Source of the DNA: Rubritalea profundi | GTDB taxonomy: Bacteria > Verrucomicrobiota > Verrucomicrobiia > Verrucomicrobiales > Akkermansiaceae | Reading direction: 5' to 3' | Assembly (NCBI RefSeq): GCF_002954445.1 | Contig: NZ_MQWA01000001.1 | Coordinates: 1,988,733-2,052,732 of the forward strand | DNA: 64,000 bases | Shown here: positions 39,870-49,273 of the stretch, piece by piece | How the letters are laid out: every line of letters starts with the position of its first letter | Numbering within the stretch: the stretch's first letter is position 1 | Notes under the pieces: model-generated | Told to the model about the DNA's origin: nothing | The model's input: only the letters and a program-made list of their open reading frames with translations | Database searches by the model: none | Position numbers and translations under genes: made by a program

Positions 39870-40499
39870 TCAATAACTGATCTTTACCCGAGTCCCAATA
39901 TCGACCATATTGAAAAGTGTCGGCACGAACTCTTTCGGCATTCGGATACAGCCGTGTGAAGCGGGCTCTCCAGGCTGCGGGATATATCCGATGTGCATCC
40001 CAATCCCCCAATCGGTCAGGCGCATCCAGTAGGGCATCGGTGCTGGCATATAACGCTCACCCGGACCCACAGAGTCGCCGGGTGACGCATCGCTATTCAC
40101 GATATCGCCAAACTCGTTCTCTATCCAGCCATAGCGATTCGAATACTTATCCACTATCTTCTCGGAGATGTGATAGGTGCCCGCTGGCGTCCCACGGCCC
40201 TCGATTCCTGTAGCCACGTAGGCCCAGCCAATCTCTCGATTGCCCCGCATCACCTTGACGTTTTGATCTCCGAGATTGATCGAGAGAGAAATAGCACCCG
40301 GTCCTTGGCCGTCGTACCATTGGGACATGACACGCGTGGCCTTCGCCGGAATCTTCTGAGTGCTTGGCACACATGAAACAAGTCCCACAGAGATTACAGC
40401 ACTGGTTAGAGCCAAAGATTTAGGCAAATGCAAATTAATCAGGATGACAGAGATTTCCCACACAAATCCCACCCTAATACAAATTCCCGTTTCTATCAA
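39870..40499 (-). CDS. L,D-transpeptidase (YkuD family), probable lipoprotein
   Basis: Catalytic motif SHGCIRMPKEFVPTLFNMVDIGTRVKI at the C-terminus. The N-terminus has a lipobox-like LVSC. The precise start is uncertain. Confidence 0.8.
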   Translation of the reverse strand: MIETGICIRVGFVWEISVILINLHLPKSLALTSAVISVGLVSCVPSTQKIPAKATRVMSQWYDGQGPGAISLSINLGDQNVKVMRGNREIGWAYVATGIEGRGTPAGTYHISEKIVDKYSNRYGWIENEFGDIVNSDASPGDSVGPGERYMPAPMPYWMRLTDWGIGMHIGYIPQPGEPASHGCIRMPKEFVPTLFNMVDIGTRVKISY

Positions 40500-40544
40500 C
40501 CTAAGTTATCGATGTGCTGAAAACACGGGTGGAACTGATCGGAG

Positions 40545-41291
40545 TCAGAGCCATTCTGGACAGGGACACTCTCCATGGAATGGTTCGCCGGAAGTAGGAT
40601 GCTCGAAATACAGCTCACTAGCGTGTAAGAGCAAACGGTCTGACAGCTGTTCACTATGCTCGTTTTTATATAGATCACAGCCAAGAATGGGGTGGCCCAT
40701 TTCCAGGCTGTGAATGCGTAATTGGTGTGTGCGCCCGGTATGAGGAGTAAATTGCACCAAGCTCCGACGCGGTTGATCTAGACGCTGTAAAACTGTGTAT
40801 TCACTGATGGCCGATTTGCCTGTGGTGGGGCAAATTTTCACCCGAGGGAAAAGGTTTTTATCTTTCGCTATGGCCGCGGTAACCTGGCCCTGGTCGTCGG
40901 CAACCCAGCCGTCTAGCAAGGCTACATAAAGCTTTTGAATCTTGCGTGCTTGAAACTGTTTATTGAGATGTTGCGCCGAATCTGGATGCAGCCCCACCAC
41001 CATAATGCCCGATGTTCCCAAATCTAATCGATGCGGTAATTTTGCCTGTGGGAATGCAGGGCTCAGCCCCTCTTGGCCGTGAACTAATCGGTAGTGGACG
41101 GAATCCCAGTTGAGAGGGTTTTTACCCGACAAGCTGAGTAGACCACTGGGTTTGTTGATCAACAAGATGTCGTCATCTTGATACAGAATCTTCACAAAAC
41201 CGTCACACGTAGGCGCGACAAAGTTATCGACGATGGTGTGAGTCGGAGAGCTGGCACAAGACGTTGAAGATCCCTCTCTACTTATAGGCAT
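40545..41291 (-). CDS. RluA-family pseudouridine synthase
   Basis: 248 aa. Contains ILYQDDDILLINKPSGLL and the catalytic HRLDLGTSGIMVVGL, with no S4 domain. Confidence 0.85.
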   Translation of the reverse strand: MPISREGSSTSCASSPTHTIVDNFVAPTCDGFVKILYQDDDILLINKPSGLLSLSGKNPLNWDSVHYRLVHGQEGLSPAFPQAKLPHRLDLGTSGIMVVGLHPDSAQHLNKQFQARKIQKLYVALLDGWVADDQGQVTAAIAKDKNLFPRVKICPTTGKSAISEYTVLQRLDQPRRSLVQFTPHTGRTHQLRIHSLEMGHPILGCDLYKNEHSEQLSDRLLLHASELYFEHPTSGEPFHGECPCPEWL

Positions 41292-41415
41292 AAGGTAAAG
41301 TACACCAACCGCCGACTTCTTTGCATGTATTTTTTTGGGTTGTAGGTTTTAGTAACCGTGTCAGCTCGACTCTTCTGGGCTTGGCATTTGTTGGAGAGTT
41401 CTTTAGTACTTTTCC

Positions 41416-42228
41416 ATGGGTAAAATTTATTTGGTCCTTTTTGTTATGGCGGTGTTAGGCTGTGCCTTTCTGGTGATTCGAAACTTGGAGAAGAAACGGC
41501 AGCAGCGCCGGGCTGATTTACACAAAATGCGCTTGAACCCTGAGCAGAGAGAGGAGCTGGGAAACGATTTTGTGCTCTACACTCGGCTACCCGAGAACTT
41601 ACGTGACGATCTCGAAGGCTTGATGCACGTGTTCATCGAGGAAAAAATATTTGAGCCCTGTGGTGGGTTGGAGGAGGTGACTCCACACATGCAGCGGGTG
41701 ATTGCCGCTCAGGCTTGTATCCTGCTGCTGCGTTCGCCCCACCATTACTATTCCAAGCTCAGAAGCATTTTACTCTACCCAGAAGCCTACCGAGCTCCAG
41801 GTCAGCACGGTGCTGAGGATGTGCGTCTTGGCGAAAGCTGGGGCACTGGCTCTGTGGTGCTGTCATGGGGCAGTGTGGTCGCTGGTGGCAGAAATGCCGA
41901 CGACGGACACGATGTGACAATTCACGAATTCTCGCATCAGTTAGATCAGGCTGACGGCGCTGGTGATGGCGTGCCAATCCTTAAATCGAATGGCGCCTAC
42001 CACGCCTGGGCTGCCGCCTTCAAGCCAGCCTTTGACCTCTTCCAAAAGCGCGTGGAATCGGGCAAAAGGACTGTGCTCGATGACTACGGTGCAGAAAATC
42101 CAGCCGAGTTCTTTGCGGTGGCGACTGAGACATTTTACGAAAAGCCTGAGCAACTGAAAAAAAGATACCCAGAACTCTACGCACAGTTAGTCAGCTACTA
42201 TGGCGTCGACCCAGAGACCTGGACTTAA
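41416..42228 (+). CDS. mtfA: MtfA-like zinc metallopeptidase (family M90) with N-terminal hydrophobic anchor
   Basis: 270 aa. HEXXH motif VTIHEFSHQLD and a C-terminal NPAEFFAVATETFYEKP, typical of MtfA. The N-terminus LVLFVMAVLGCAFLVI is hydrophobic. Confidence 0.7.
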   Translation: MGKIYLVLFVMAVLGCAFLVIRNLEKKRQQRRADLHKMRLNPEQREELGNDFVLYTRLPENLRDDLEGLMHVFIEEKIFEPCGGLEEVTPHMQRVIAAQACILLLRSPHHYYSKLRSILLYPEAYRAPGQHGAEDVRLGESWGTGSVVLSWGSVVAGGRNADDGHDVTIHEFSHQLDQADGAGDGVPILKSNGAYHAWAAAFKPAFDLFQKRVESGKRTVLDDYGAENPAEFFAVATETFYEKPEQLKKRYPELYAQLVSYYGVDPETWT

Positions 42229-42394
42229 CGCACGGGCTAATGCCGGGAGCGCCAAGCCCCAGCTTGGCAGCAACTAGCATTTGGCTCCAGTGGGACACTG
42301 AGTCAGGTTTTTTTTGACAGAGTTTACAAAATTTACAGAATTTGTGGGGACTCGCTGGTGCAAAGAGGCTGGAAGCACTTTTCTACGTAGCGTG

Positions 42395-42535
42395 AGCCGT
42401 CTCGGCTCGACTAGCTGTATGATAAAGTCACCAGACTTTGTAACTAGACTTTCGACCTTCAGACCTTCGACACTTTCTAGTGTCAAACGTCCCAAAGTCG
42501 AAAGTCCGGACACAACGCGTGGTCGCGATAGCAGA
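42395..42535. repeat. Intergenic palindromic repeat unit, copy A (convergent gap between mtfA and the DEAD-box helicase gene)
   Basis: Contains aaagtcaccagactttg and the long imperfect hairpin gactttcgaccttcagaccttcgacac / gtgtcaaacgtcccaaagtcgaaagtc. The blocks are about 80% identical to the reverse complement of copy B at 51940-52060, in permuted order. Confidence 0.4.
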
Positions 42536-42541
42536 GGGAAT

Positions 42542-43687
42542 CTAACAACCGTGCAGGTTGATGCCGTCGCTGTGCTGCATCGGGACTGTCTTGCCGGTCT
42601 TTTTCTGGATGACGCGGAAGTGGGGGAGTTCGTCCATGGTGATGAGGGTGATGGCATCGCCGGGGGAACCTGCGCGGCCGGTTCTGCCGATGCGGTGGAT
42701 GTAGTCTTTTGGTGAGCGTGGGAGCTCGTAGTTGATGACGCAGGGGAGAGCCTCGATGTCGATACCACGCGCTATTAGGTCAGTGGCTACGAGGACTCGG
42801 AAGCTGGCTTCTTTGAATTGGCGGAGGACTTCGCGGCGTGCTCCTTGACTCAATTGTGAATGAATAGGGGCAGCGTCGATCTTATTTTTCCTGAGCTTGT
42901 TGACGATGGAGTCGACAGATTTAGCTGAGGATGCAAAGACGAGGATCTGTTGGCGTTTCTTCTGTCTAATGAGGTAGCGGAGCAAGGGCCCCTTGCGTTC
43001 CTCTTTGACGAAATAGCCGAGCTCGTTGATGATGTCCTCTACTTCTTCCGGATCAGGTTCGATTTTTACGATGACGGGGTCGCTCAGAAGCACTTGCTGG
43101 ATGGCAGTGAGATCTGGACTGAGGGTTGCTGAGAAGAGTAGATTTTGTCGTGTGGCGGGGAGCAAGGATAAGATCTTGTCGACTTCTTCTTTGAAACCGA
43201 GGTTGAGCATTTTATCTGCCTCATCGAGCACGAGGGTGGAGATGGAACTGAGCTTGATCGCATTTTTATCTATCAGATCGATCAAGCGTCCAGGGGTGGC
43301 AACGAGGATGTCGATCTTGCCTAGCGATTGCATCTGGGTATTGATCGAGCTGCCACCATAGATAGCAAGCGAGCTGATGCGCTGAGGGAGTTCCGCAGAA
43401 AAATCGCGGATGACGCCGAGCACCTGATCGGCGAGCTCGCGTGTAGGCACTAGAATGAGTGCTGCTGGCTCGCGATGCTTGGCGCTGCTTTGCTTGAGAA
43501 GGTTCTGCAGAATGGGTAGCACGAAGCTGGCCGTCTTTCCTGAGCCAGTTTTCGCAATTCCCATGACATCCTTTCTGTCAAGAATAGCTGGGATGGCTGC
43601 TTGCTGGATGGGAGTTGGGGTGTCGTGGCCTTGGGATTCAAGGGCCGAAAGAAAGATGTCGCTAAGACCTGTGGATGAAAAAGACAT
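42542..43687 (-). CDS. DEAD-box ATP-dependent RNA helicase
   Basis: 381 aa. Q-motif; Walker A AKTGSGKTASF; DEAD in LVLDEADKML; SAT; motif VI HRIGRTGRAG. Confidence 0.9.
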   Translation of the reverse strand: MSFSSTGLSDIFLSALESQGHDTPTPIQQAAIPAILDRKDVMGIAKTGSGKTASFVLPILQNLLKQSSAKHREPAALILVPTRELADQVLGVIRDFSAELPQRISSLAIYGGSSINTQMQSLGKIDILVATPGRLIDLIDKNAIKLSSISTLVLDEADKMLNLGFKEEVDKILSLLPATRQNLLFSATLSPDLTAIQQVLLSDPVIVKIEPDPEEVEDIINELGYFVKEERKGPLLRYLIRQKKRQQILVFASSAKSVDSIVNKLRKNKIDAAPIHSQLSQGARREVLRQFKEASFRVLVATDLIARGIDIEALPCVINYELPRSPKDYIHRIGRTGRAGSPGDAITLITMDELPHFRVIQKKTGKTVPMQHSDGINLHGC

Positions 43688-43935
43688 GAGAACTACTGGA
43701 ATGTAATATTGAGGGGGGGAAGTTGCTGAGTTGTGATGAAAAACCGCTATAATAGCAAGGCCTATGCGAAGCGTGGTATAGGGGTATGAGTTCTTACTCG
43801 TGTTTTTCAGCCTGTTAGTGTAAAGCTGACTTCAATGTGTGCGTTTGTGATAAGTGAAGACGATGTCAAATCTATTGTTAGACTCTTAGGTGAGACGGCT
43901 GCTGTGGAGGGTGATCACACGGAAAAAAGCGCTTT

Positions 43936-44616
43936 TTGATAGATGGGCTGTGCACTTTGATTGAAGTGGATGCTTGGGTGTGGGCATTGGGGTGCCAGAT
44001 AAAGCCTGGAGGTGTGCAAACTTATGTGGGGTTCATGCATGGAGGCCTTGATCCGGATCGGTTTTCAAAATTATTACTAGCCTTGGAGCATCCAGGGTCG
44101 GGGGAGTTTGCGGAGAAATTTTACGAAAAGGTGAATTCCTCGAAGCAGCACGTAACCATGCTTCGTGATGAGATTGATGTTCTCAACAAGGCTGAGCAGA
44201 TCGAAGCTGGCCAGTATTGGAGAGACGCTGACATTGGCTCGCTGATTTTAAGCTCAAAGCCATTGGATCAAGATTCTATGAGCTCCATTGGGCTTTACCG
44301 TCGAGTTAACGATACACCATTTAGTAATCGAGATAAAAAGATCGCTCACATTATTCTAAGTGAGGTGCCTTGGCTTCATATGCTGGGGTGGCCTGAGAAT
44401 AGAGGAGTGAAGGTGCCAAAGCTTTACCCACGGCAACGCATTGTTTTAAATTTATTGTTAGATGGAATGGTTCGGAAACAAATAGCGGATCAAATGTCGA
44501 TCACAGAGAATACGGTCTCAGGGTACACCAAAGATATTTACCGTCATTTCGAGGTGAATTCCCATGTCGAGTTGATGAGCAAATTCCTCCACGGTAATCT
44601 CGGTGATCGGGACTAA
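43936..44616 (+). CDS. LuxR-family transcriptional regulator (C-terminal HTH), N-terminal domain unassigned
   Basis: 226 aa. The C-terminus LYPRQRIVLNLLLDGMVRKQIADQMSITENTVSGYTKDIYRHFEV is a GerE/LuxR-type HTH. Confidence 0.7.
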   Translation: MIDGLCTLIEVDAWVWALGCQIKPGGVQTYVGFMHGGLDPDRFSKLLLALEHPGSGEFAEKFYEKVNSSKQHVTMLRDEIDVLNKAEQIEAGQYWRDADIGSLILSSKPLDQDSMSSIGLYRRVNDTPFSNRDKKIAHIILSEVPWLHMLGWPENRGVKVPKLYPRQRIVLNLLLDGMVRKQIADQMSITENTVSGYTKDIYRHFEVNSHVELMSKFLHGNLGDRD

Positions 44617-44617
44617 A

Positions 44618-44644
44618 AAAGGCGACCGGGCAGGTCGCCTTTAG
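44618..44644. terminator. Bidirectional rho-independent terminator between the luxR-type gene and the sufT-like gene
   Basis: Perfect hairpin aaaggcgacc-gggca-ggtcgccttt, flanked by A-run and T-run. Confidence 0.6.
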
Positions 44645-44665
44645 AAAATTGATTGAGAAGTGAGC

Positions 44666-45214
44666 TTAGATCATGCCGAGCTTCATCTTACCTTCCTCAG
44701 TGATCATGTCTTGGTTCCAGACTGGATCCCAAACGAGGTCGACTTGCGCGTCTTCGATACCGTCGAGTGACATGACGCGAGCTTGGGCGTCAGCCGCGAT
44801 GACTGGTCCCATGCCGCAACCTGGAGCGGTGAGTGTCATTTTAACATTCACTTCAGTCTTGCCGTTGTCTTTCTCAGTAAGCACACAATCATAAACGAGA
44901 CCGAGGTTGACGATGTCGACTGGGATTTCTGGATCGTAGACTTCTTTGAGCTGTCCCCAGACTTGGTCTTCGAGAGGTGCGTCCTTGAGGGCGTTGGCGT
45001 ATTCCTTTTTCTCTTGGATTTCAGCTTCATCGATACCGAGGGCATCTGAGTCCATTGCTGAAATACGAGCGAGTCCAGCTTGGGTCGCTACAGTGTAGCT
45101 GCCACCAAGTGTTTGAGTGACAACTACTGGAGTGCCTATTGGCAGTGTAACGGCGTCACCGCTAGGGATCTGGACTGCTTCGACTTCGCGTTCGAGAATG
45201 ATCTCTTGGTTCAT
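44666..45214 (-). CDS. sufT: SufT-like Fe-S cluster assembly protein (DUF59/MIP18 domain with N-terminal extension)
   Basis: 182 aa. The C-terminal half has VYDPEIPVDIVNLGLVYD...VNVKMTLTAPGCGMGPVI (DUF59 signature). Confidence 0.7.
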   Translation of the reverse strand: MNQEIILEREVEAVQIPSGDAVTLPIGTPVVVTQTLGGSYTVATQAGLARISAMDSDALGIDEAEIQEKKEYANALKDAPLEDQVWGQLKEVYDPEIPVDIVNLGLVYDCVLTEKDNGKTEVNVKMTLTAPGCGMGPVIAADAQARVMSLDGIEDAQVDLVWDPVWNQDMITEEGKMKLGMI

Positions 45215-45368
45215 AGGCTGACTGTTGGGTGGGAAGGTGGAAGTTTCAAGTGAAAATCCGATATTTGGTGAGAGTTTTTACCGCGAAAAATACGAAAATT
45301 TCGAAATGGCTGGTAAGGTGAAACAGTTATTACCACGAATGGCTCGAATTTTCACGAATTGAAAGGCC

Positions 45369-45389
45369 TGGACGTTTCTCGGAAACGTC
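45369..45389. promoter_or_regulatory. Perfect hairpin / palindrome in the divergent promoter region (possible operator)
   Basis: ggacgtttc-tcg-gaaacgtcc (9-bp perfect stem) in the 364-bp divergent intergenic region between the sufT-like and UDPGP genes. Nearby smaller palindromes include cgaattttcacgaattg. Confidence 0.3.
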
Positions 45390-45578
45390 CGGCGAGCTGG
45401 ACTGCCCCACGCCCTAAAAACTCCGACTGTCTGAAAAAGCTGCCAGCGTATAAATCTGGCCTCTAAAATCTTAGTTTTTCGATACTTATCCCCGATTTTT
45501 ATTGGGTATTTCGAGGTTGATCAAATTGGTGTGGTTGAGGGGCCATGGGAGTTTTGAGAGGGCTGAGAAATTTCAGGC

Positions 45579-47012
45579 GTGACTTGCTGGAGCGAATACG
45601 CGATGGAAGGACTACAGATGAGTTCATTTACCCCTTTTAGAGAAAAGATGGAGCAGGCTGGTGTCAGTGAGGCTGCTATCCTTAGTTTTGAGCGTAATTA
45701 CGCAATCTTGTGTGAAGGTAATTCTACCGATATTTCGGAAGAGAGCATTGATCCTGTGATAAAACTTCCTGAACTCGATGAGTTTTCCAATGATGGCGAA
45801 GAGTTCGATCCTGCATTGTTGGCTCAAACTGTAGTCATCAAGCTTAATGGTGGACTAGGGACTAGTATGGGGCTGCAAAAGGCTAAAAGCCTCCTTGAAG
45901 TGAAGGATGGTTCCACTTTCCTCGATGTTATCGTTGATCAAGTCTCCTACCTCCGCGACAGCACTGGAGCTCAGGTGAAGTTTCTTTTGATGAACAGCTT
46001 TAGTACTTCGGAAGATACGCTGGAGCACCTCGCTCAGTATGCTGACCGTGGCTTAGCCGCGAAAGAAGAGGTAGAGCTTCACCAAAATCAAATTCCTAAG
46101 ATTGACGCGGACTCGATGGGACCTGTGGAGTTTTCCGAGAACCCAAGCCTAGAATGGTGTCCGCCTGGCCATGGTGACCTCTATCCTGCAATAGCAGGTT
46201 CTGGCTGGTTAGATAAACTTTTAGCCGACGGTGTGAAGTACGCTTTCGTTTCTAACTCAGATAATTTAGGAGCAGTGCTCCACCCGGGAATTCTTCGTTA
46301 CTTCGCAGAAAGCACTAAGCCATTTTTGATGGAAGCCACGCGCCGAACTGAGGTCGATAAAAAGGGCGGGCATCTAGCAATTCGTAAAGCTGACCAACAG
46401 CTACTATTACGAGAGGTGGCACAAACTGCGGATTCTGATTTAATTGAATTTCAAAACATTGAGAAGCACCAGTACTTCAACACTAACAGCCTATGGGTAA
46501 ATCTCGAAGCTCTGAAGTCCGAGCTGGATGCTCAAGGAGGAGTTTTGCCTCTTCCGGTGATTATCAACAAGAAAACGGTCGATCCTCGTAATAAGAAGTC
46601 TAAGTCTGTTTACCAGTTAGAGACAGCGATGGGAGCTGCGATCGAGTGCTTCAAGAGGGCTGATGCGATTTGTGTGCCTCGTTCTCGCTTTGCCCCAGTT
46701 AAGACGACTGCAGATTTATTCACGCTTCGTTCTGATGCCTATGAAACTACCGAAGATGGTCGTATAGTCCTAGTTAAAGAGCGCGACGGTAAGCCGCCAG
46801 TGGTGAGCCTGAGCGATGAATATAAGTTGGTCGATAGCCTCGAAGGACTAGGTATTCCATCTTTAAAAGGGGCTACAAAGTTGAGCCTTAGTGGACCCGT
46901 GCGCTTTGCTGATATGGTAGAAATCCGCGGTACAGTTAGCATTAGCAATGAGAAACCCGGAACGTCTTGGATTGCTAATGGACTTTATCGAGACGAGGAT
47001 GTTGTCCTCTAA
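45579..47012 (+). CDS. UTP--glucose-1-phosphate uridylyltransferase, eukaryotic-type UDPGP family
   Basis: 477 aa. UDPGP family signature VIKLNGGLGTSMG, plus ...NSDNLGAV... and a C-terminal left-handed beta-helix region. The start may be one of the downstream Met codons. Confidence 0.75.
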   Translation: MTCWSEYAMEGLQMSSFTPFREKMEQAGVSEAAILSFERNYAILCEGNSTDISEESIDPVIKLPELDEFSNDGEEFDPALLAQTVVIKLNGGLGTSMGLQKAKSLLEVKDGSTFLDVIVDQVSYLRDSTGAQVKFLLMNSFSTSEDTLEHLAQYADRGLAAKEEVELHQNQIPKIDADSMGPVEFSENPSLEWCPPGHGDLYPAIAGSGWLDKLLADGVKYAFVSNSDNLGAVLHPGILRYFAESTKPFLMEATRRTEVDKKGGHLAIRKADQQLLLREVAQTADSDLIEFQNIEKHQYFNTNSLWVNLEALKSELDAQGGVLPLPVIINKKTVDPRNKKSKSVYQLETAMGAAIECFKRADAICVPRSRFAPVKTTADLFTLRSDAYETTEDGRIVLVKERDGKPPVVSLSDEYKLVDSLEGLGIPSLKGATKLSLSGPVRFADMVEIRGTVSISNEKPGTSWIANGLYRDEDVVL

Positions 47013-47042
47013 TTAAAATTATTAATCCATTTCATACATGTA

Positions 47043-47079
47043 AAAGGGCTGGCTCAATCTAGAGCTAGCCCTTTTTTCT
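47043..47079 (+). terminator. Rho-independent terminator of the UDPGP gene
   Basis: gggctggctc-aatctaga-gagctagccc (10-bp stem, one mismatch) followed by tttttt. Confidence 0.6.
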
Positions 47080-47194
47080 TATGAGCTGTCCGCGTGTTTT
47101 TTTTGTTAGAATATGTGAGATTGTGAATAAATTGTTACTCTATCAGGTTTTCTGCGCTTGCTTTCATTAAAAAATAACTGCAAAAATCTAAGCA

Positions 47195-47812
47195 ATGGAA
47201 CAGTTAGACTCTCTCAATATCCCCAAGTCAGGCTACAAGGCCGTAATTTTCGACCTCGATGGCACATTAGTAGATTCTATGTCTGCGCATTTCCAAGCGT
47301 GGTGTGAAGCTCTCGCAGTCAATGGAGCACCCAAGGATGTCTTCCCTGAAGATGTATTTTACTCAATGGGCGGTCGTCCCACCAAAGATATCGTGGCAGT
47401 GATCAATGGTGAGTTTAACCTCGATCTAGATCCTGATGCGGTGTCCTACTCTAAGCGTAAATCATTCCTTAATCAGCTCGACCTCGTCGAAGTGAATGAA
47501 GATGTGGTAAGCTTCGCGAAATCACTCCGAGGTAAGATGCCCTTAGGTATTGCCTCAGGTGGAAGCCGTAAGGTGGTAGAGGCAACGCTCAAGGCTGTTG
47601 GTCTCTGTGAGTTGTTTGACGAAGTGGTGACTTCTGATGAAGTAGCGTGTGGTAAGCCCGCTCCTGATGTATTTCTGAACTGCGCTGAGCGTTTAAATGT
47701 GGCGGCAGAAGATTGTCTAGTGTTAGAGGATGCCGCACCTGGCATCATGGCGGCTCAGCTTGCTGGTATGCAGGTTGTCACTGTGCCAGCAGCAATGCAC
47801 ATTGTGAAGTAA
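47195..47812 (+). CDS. HAD-superfamily hydrolase (beta-phosphoglucomutase-like subfamily IA)
   Basis: 205 aa. Motif I KAVIFDLDGTLVDS and motif III/IV ...LEDAAPGIMAA.... Confidence 0.8.
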   Translation: MEQLDSLNIPKSGYKAVIFDLDGTLVDSMSAHFQAWCEALAVNGAPKDVFPEDVFYSMGGRPTKDIVAVINGEFNLDLDPDAVSYSKRKSFLNQLDLVEVNEDVVSFAKSLRGKMPLGIASGGSRKVVEATLKAVGLCELFDEVVTSDEVACGKPAPDVFLNCAERLNVAAEDCLVLEDAAPGIMAAQLAGMQVVTVPAAMHIVK

Positions 47813-47874
47813 GCTTAGCTTGCTCGATATATTCTGAAAATGCTCGAAGCTGTTATAGCTTCGGGCATTTTTAT

Positions 47875-48666
47875 TTATGAGAAACCGAGAGGAAAGATGA
47901 TGTTGAGAACCATTGTTAGGAAGAAATTGAAGATAAGGATAGCGAGTGAGGAAAGTACCATCGCATTGGTAGTGCCTCGGCCTACACCGACAGCTCCATT
48001 GCTAGCCTTGAGTCCTTGGTGGCAAGAGATGAGGACGATGAGCATGCCAAAGACAAAGCCCTTGATGATGGCGATGCTAATATCAGAAAGATCCGTGTGC
48101 TGGCTCATGTGATTGAGCCAATAGGCTGAGGAGACGTGGAAGATTTGGGTGCCGACGACCCATGCAGAGATGATTCCAAAAAAAGCGGACTCAGCAATCA
48201 AGAGGGGGACGGAGATCGCCATCGCACAAAAGCGAGGGGTCACTAGGTAGTCGACAGGGTGGACATCCATCGAGCGTAACGCATCGATTTGCTCGGTTAC
48301 TTTCATCGTGCCAATCTCCGCAGACATCGCGGCTCCGACCCGGCCAGCGAGCATGAGGCCAGTGATGGTGGGGCCCAGCTCACGGAGCATTCCGACACTA
48401 ACGAGAGCGCCGCCCATCGTTTCCATATTCATCTGAGATAGCTGGAACAAGGCCTGCGCAGCTAGGACTGAACCGGTAAAGGCTCCAGTGACGATAACGA
48501 CGGGCTGCGAGCGATAGCCAATCTCGGCGATTTGCTTTACAAATTGATGATAGCAAAACTTCCCTTTAAACAATGAGATAGCCACCTCGCGGGTTAGTTT
48601 GCTGAGCTCGCCCAAGTAATTGAAAAAGCTGAGTACGGGGGTTCCTATGATGCGAAGAGCGAGCAC
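47875..48666 (-). CDS. mlaE: MlaE-family ABC transporter permease
   Basis: 263 aa. The conserved MlaE core LRELGPTITGLMLAGRVGAAMSAEIGTMKVTEQIDALRSM is present. Confidence 0.85.
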   Translation of the reverse strand: MLALRIIGTPVLSFFNYLGELSKLTREVAISLFKGKFCYHQFVKQIAEIGYRSQPVVIVTGAFTGSVLAAQALFQLSQMNMETMGGALVSVGMLRELGPTITGLMLAGRVGAAMSAEIGTMKVTEQIDALRSMDVHPVDYLVTPRFCAMAISVPLLIAESAFFGIISAWVVGTQIFHVSSAYWLNHMSQHTDLSDISIAIIKGFVFGMLIVLISCHQGLKASNGAVGVGRGTTNAMVLSSLAILIFNFFLTMVLNIIFPLGFS

Positions 48667-48827
48667 AGATTTTTTTTAGAGGAAAAAGGTGAGAGGAGAA
48701 AGGAAAAAGAGGTCTTCGACTCCTGCCGGTGCTAGAAATTTAAGAGCTTAGAGCCGTTTCAGCTCCGATTCAATGGAGGCGTTTCGCTCCCCTTGGAGTT
48801 GAAAAAATAGTAGGGGGTTAAAGAATG

Positions 48828-49169
48828 TTATTTATCTGATGCGCCTTTGAGCGAACGCATCATTTCGTTTCGCTGTTGTTCCTGTTTTTTGAGCTGTGAC
48901 TGGAGGTTGTCGGTGACGTTGTTAGCTGGGATTTTTGTAGCAGCAGGGGTGAGAGGTGTGGAAATCTCATTTTCGGCGGGCTTCGCTGCTTCTTCTTGTG
49001 CGCTACGGAGCGCGCCCAGTGCGGTTGTGAGCTCTTCGACCTGGGGCTTCGGGTTTGCTTTGCTGACATTATCTGTGAGCATTTTTGTGATAAAAAGATA
49101 ACCGCAGATAACGACTACCGAAGAGATCAAGATGAAGGGGAGAAGTGAGCTGTTTTCTGACGAGGACAT
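48828..49169 (-). CDS. Small membrane-anchored hypothetical protein
   Basis: 113 aa. N-terminal TM helix (LLPFILISSVVVICGYLFI) and a charged, Q/E-rich tail. Confidence 0.4.
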   Translation of the reverse strand: MSSSENSSLLPFILISSVVVICGYLFITKMLTDNVSKANPKPQVEELTTALGALRSAQEEAAKPAENEISTPLTPAATKIPANNVTDNLQSQLKKQEQQRNEMMRSLKGASDK

Positions 49170-49273
49170 AGTTCATTCTTTCATAGAAAACAGGAGGAAG
49201 CAATACGCGGGAAACTTCCACGATCGGTTTTTGACTTTGTGGGGGAAGTAGTGCAAGTTCCCCGCCCGTTGCA

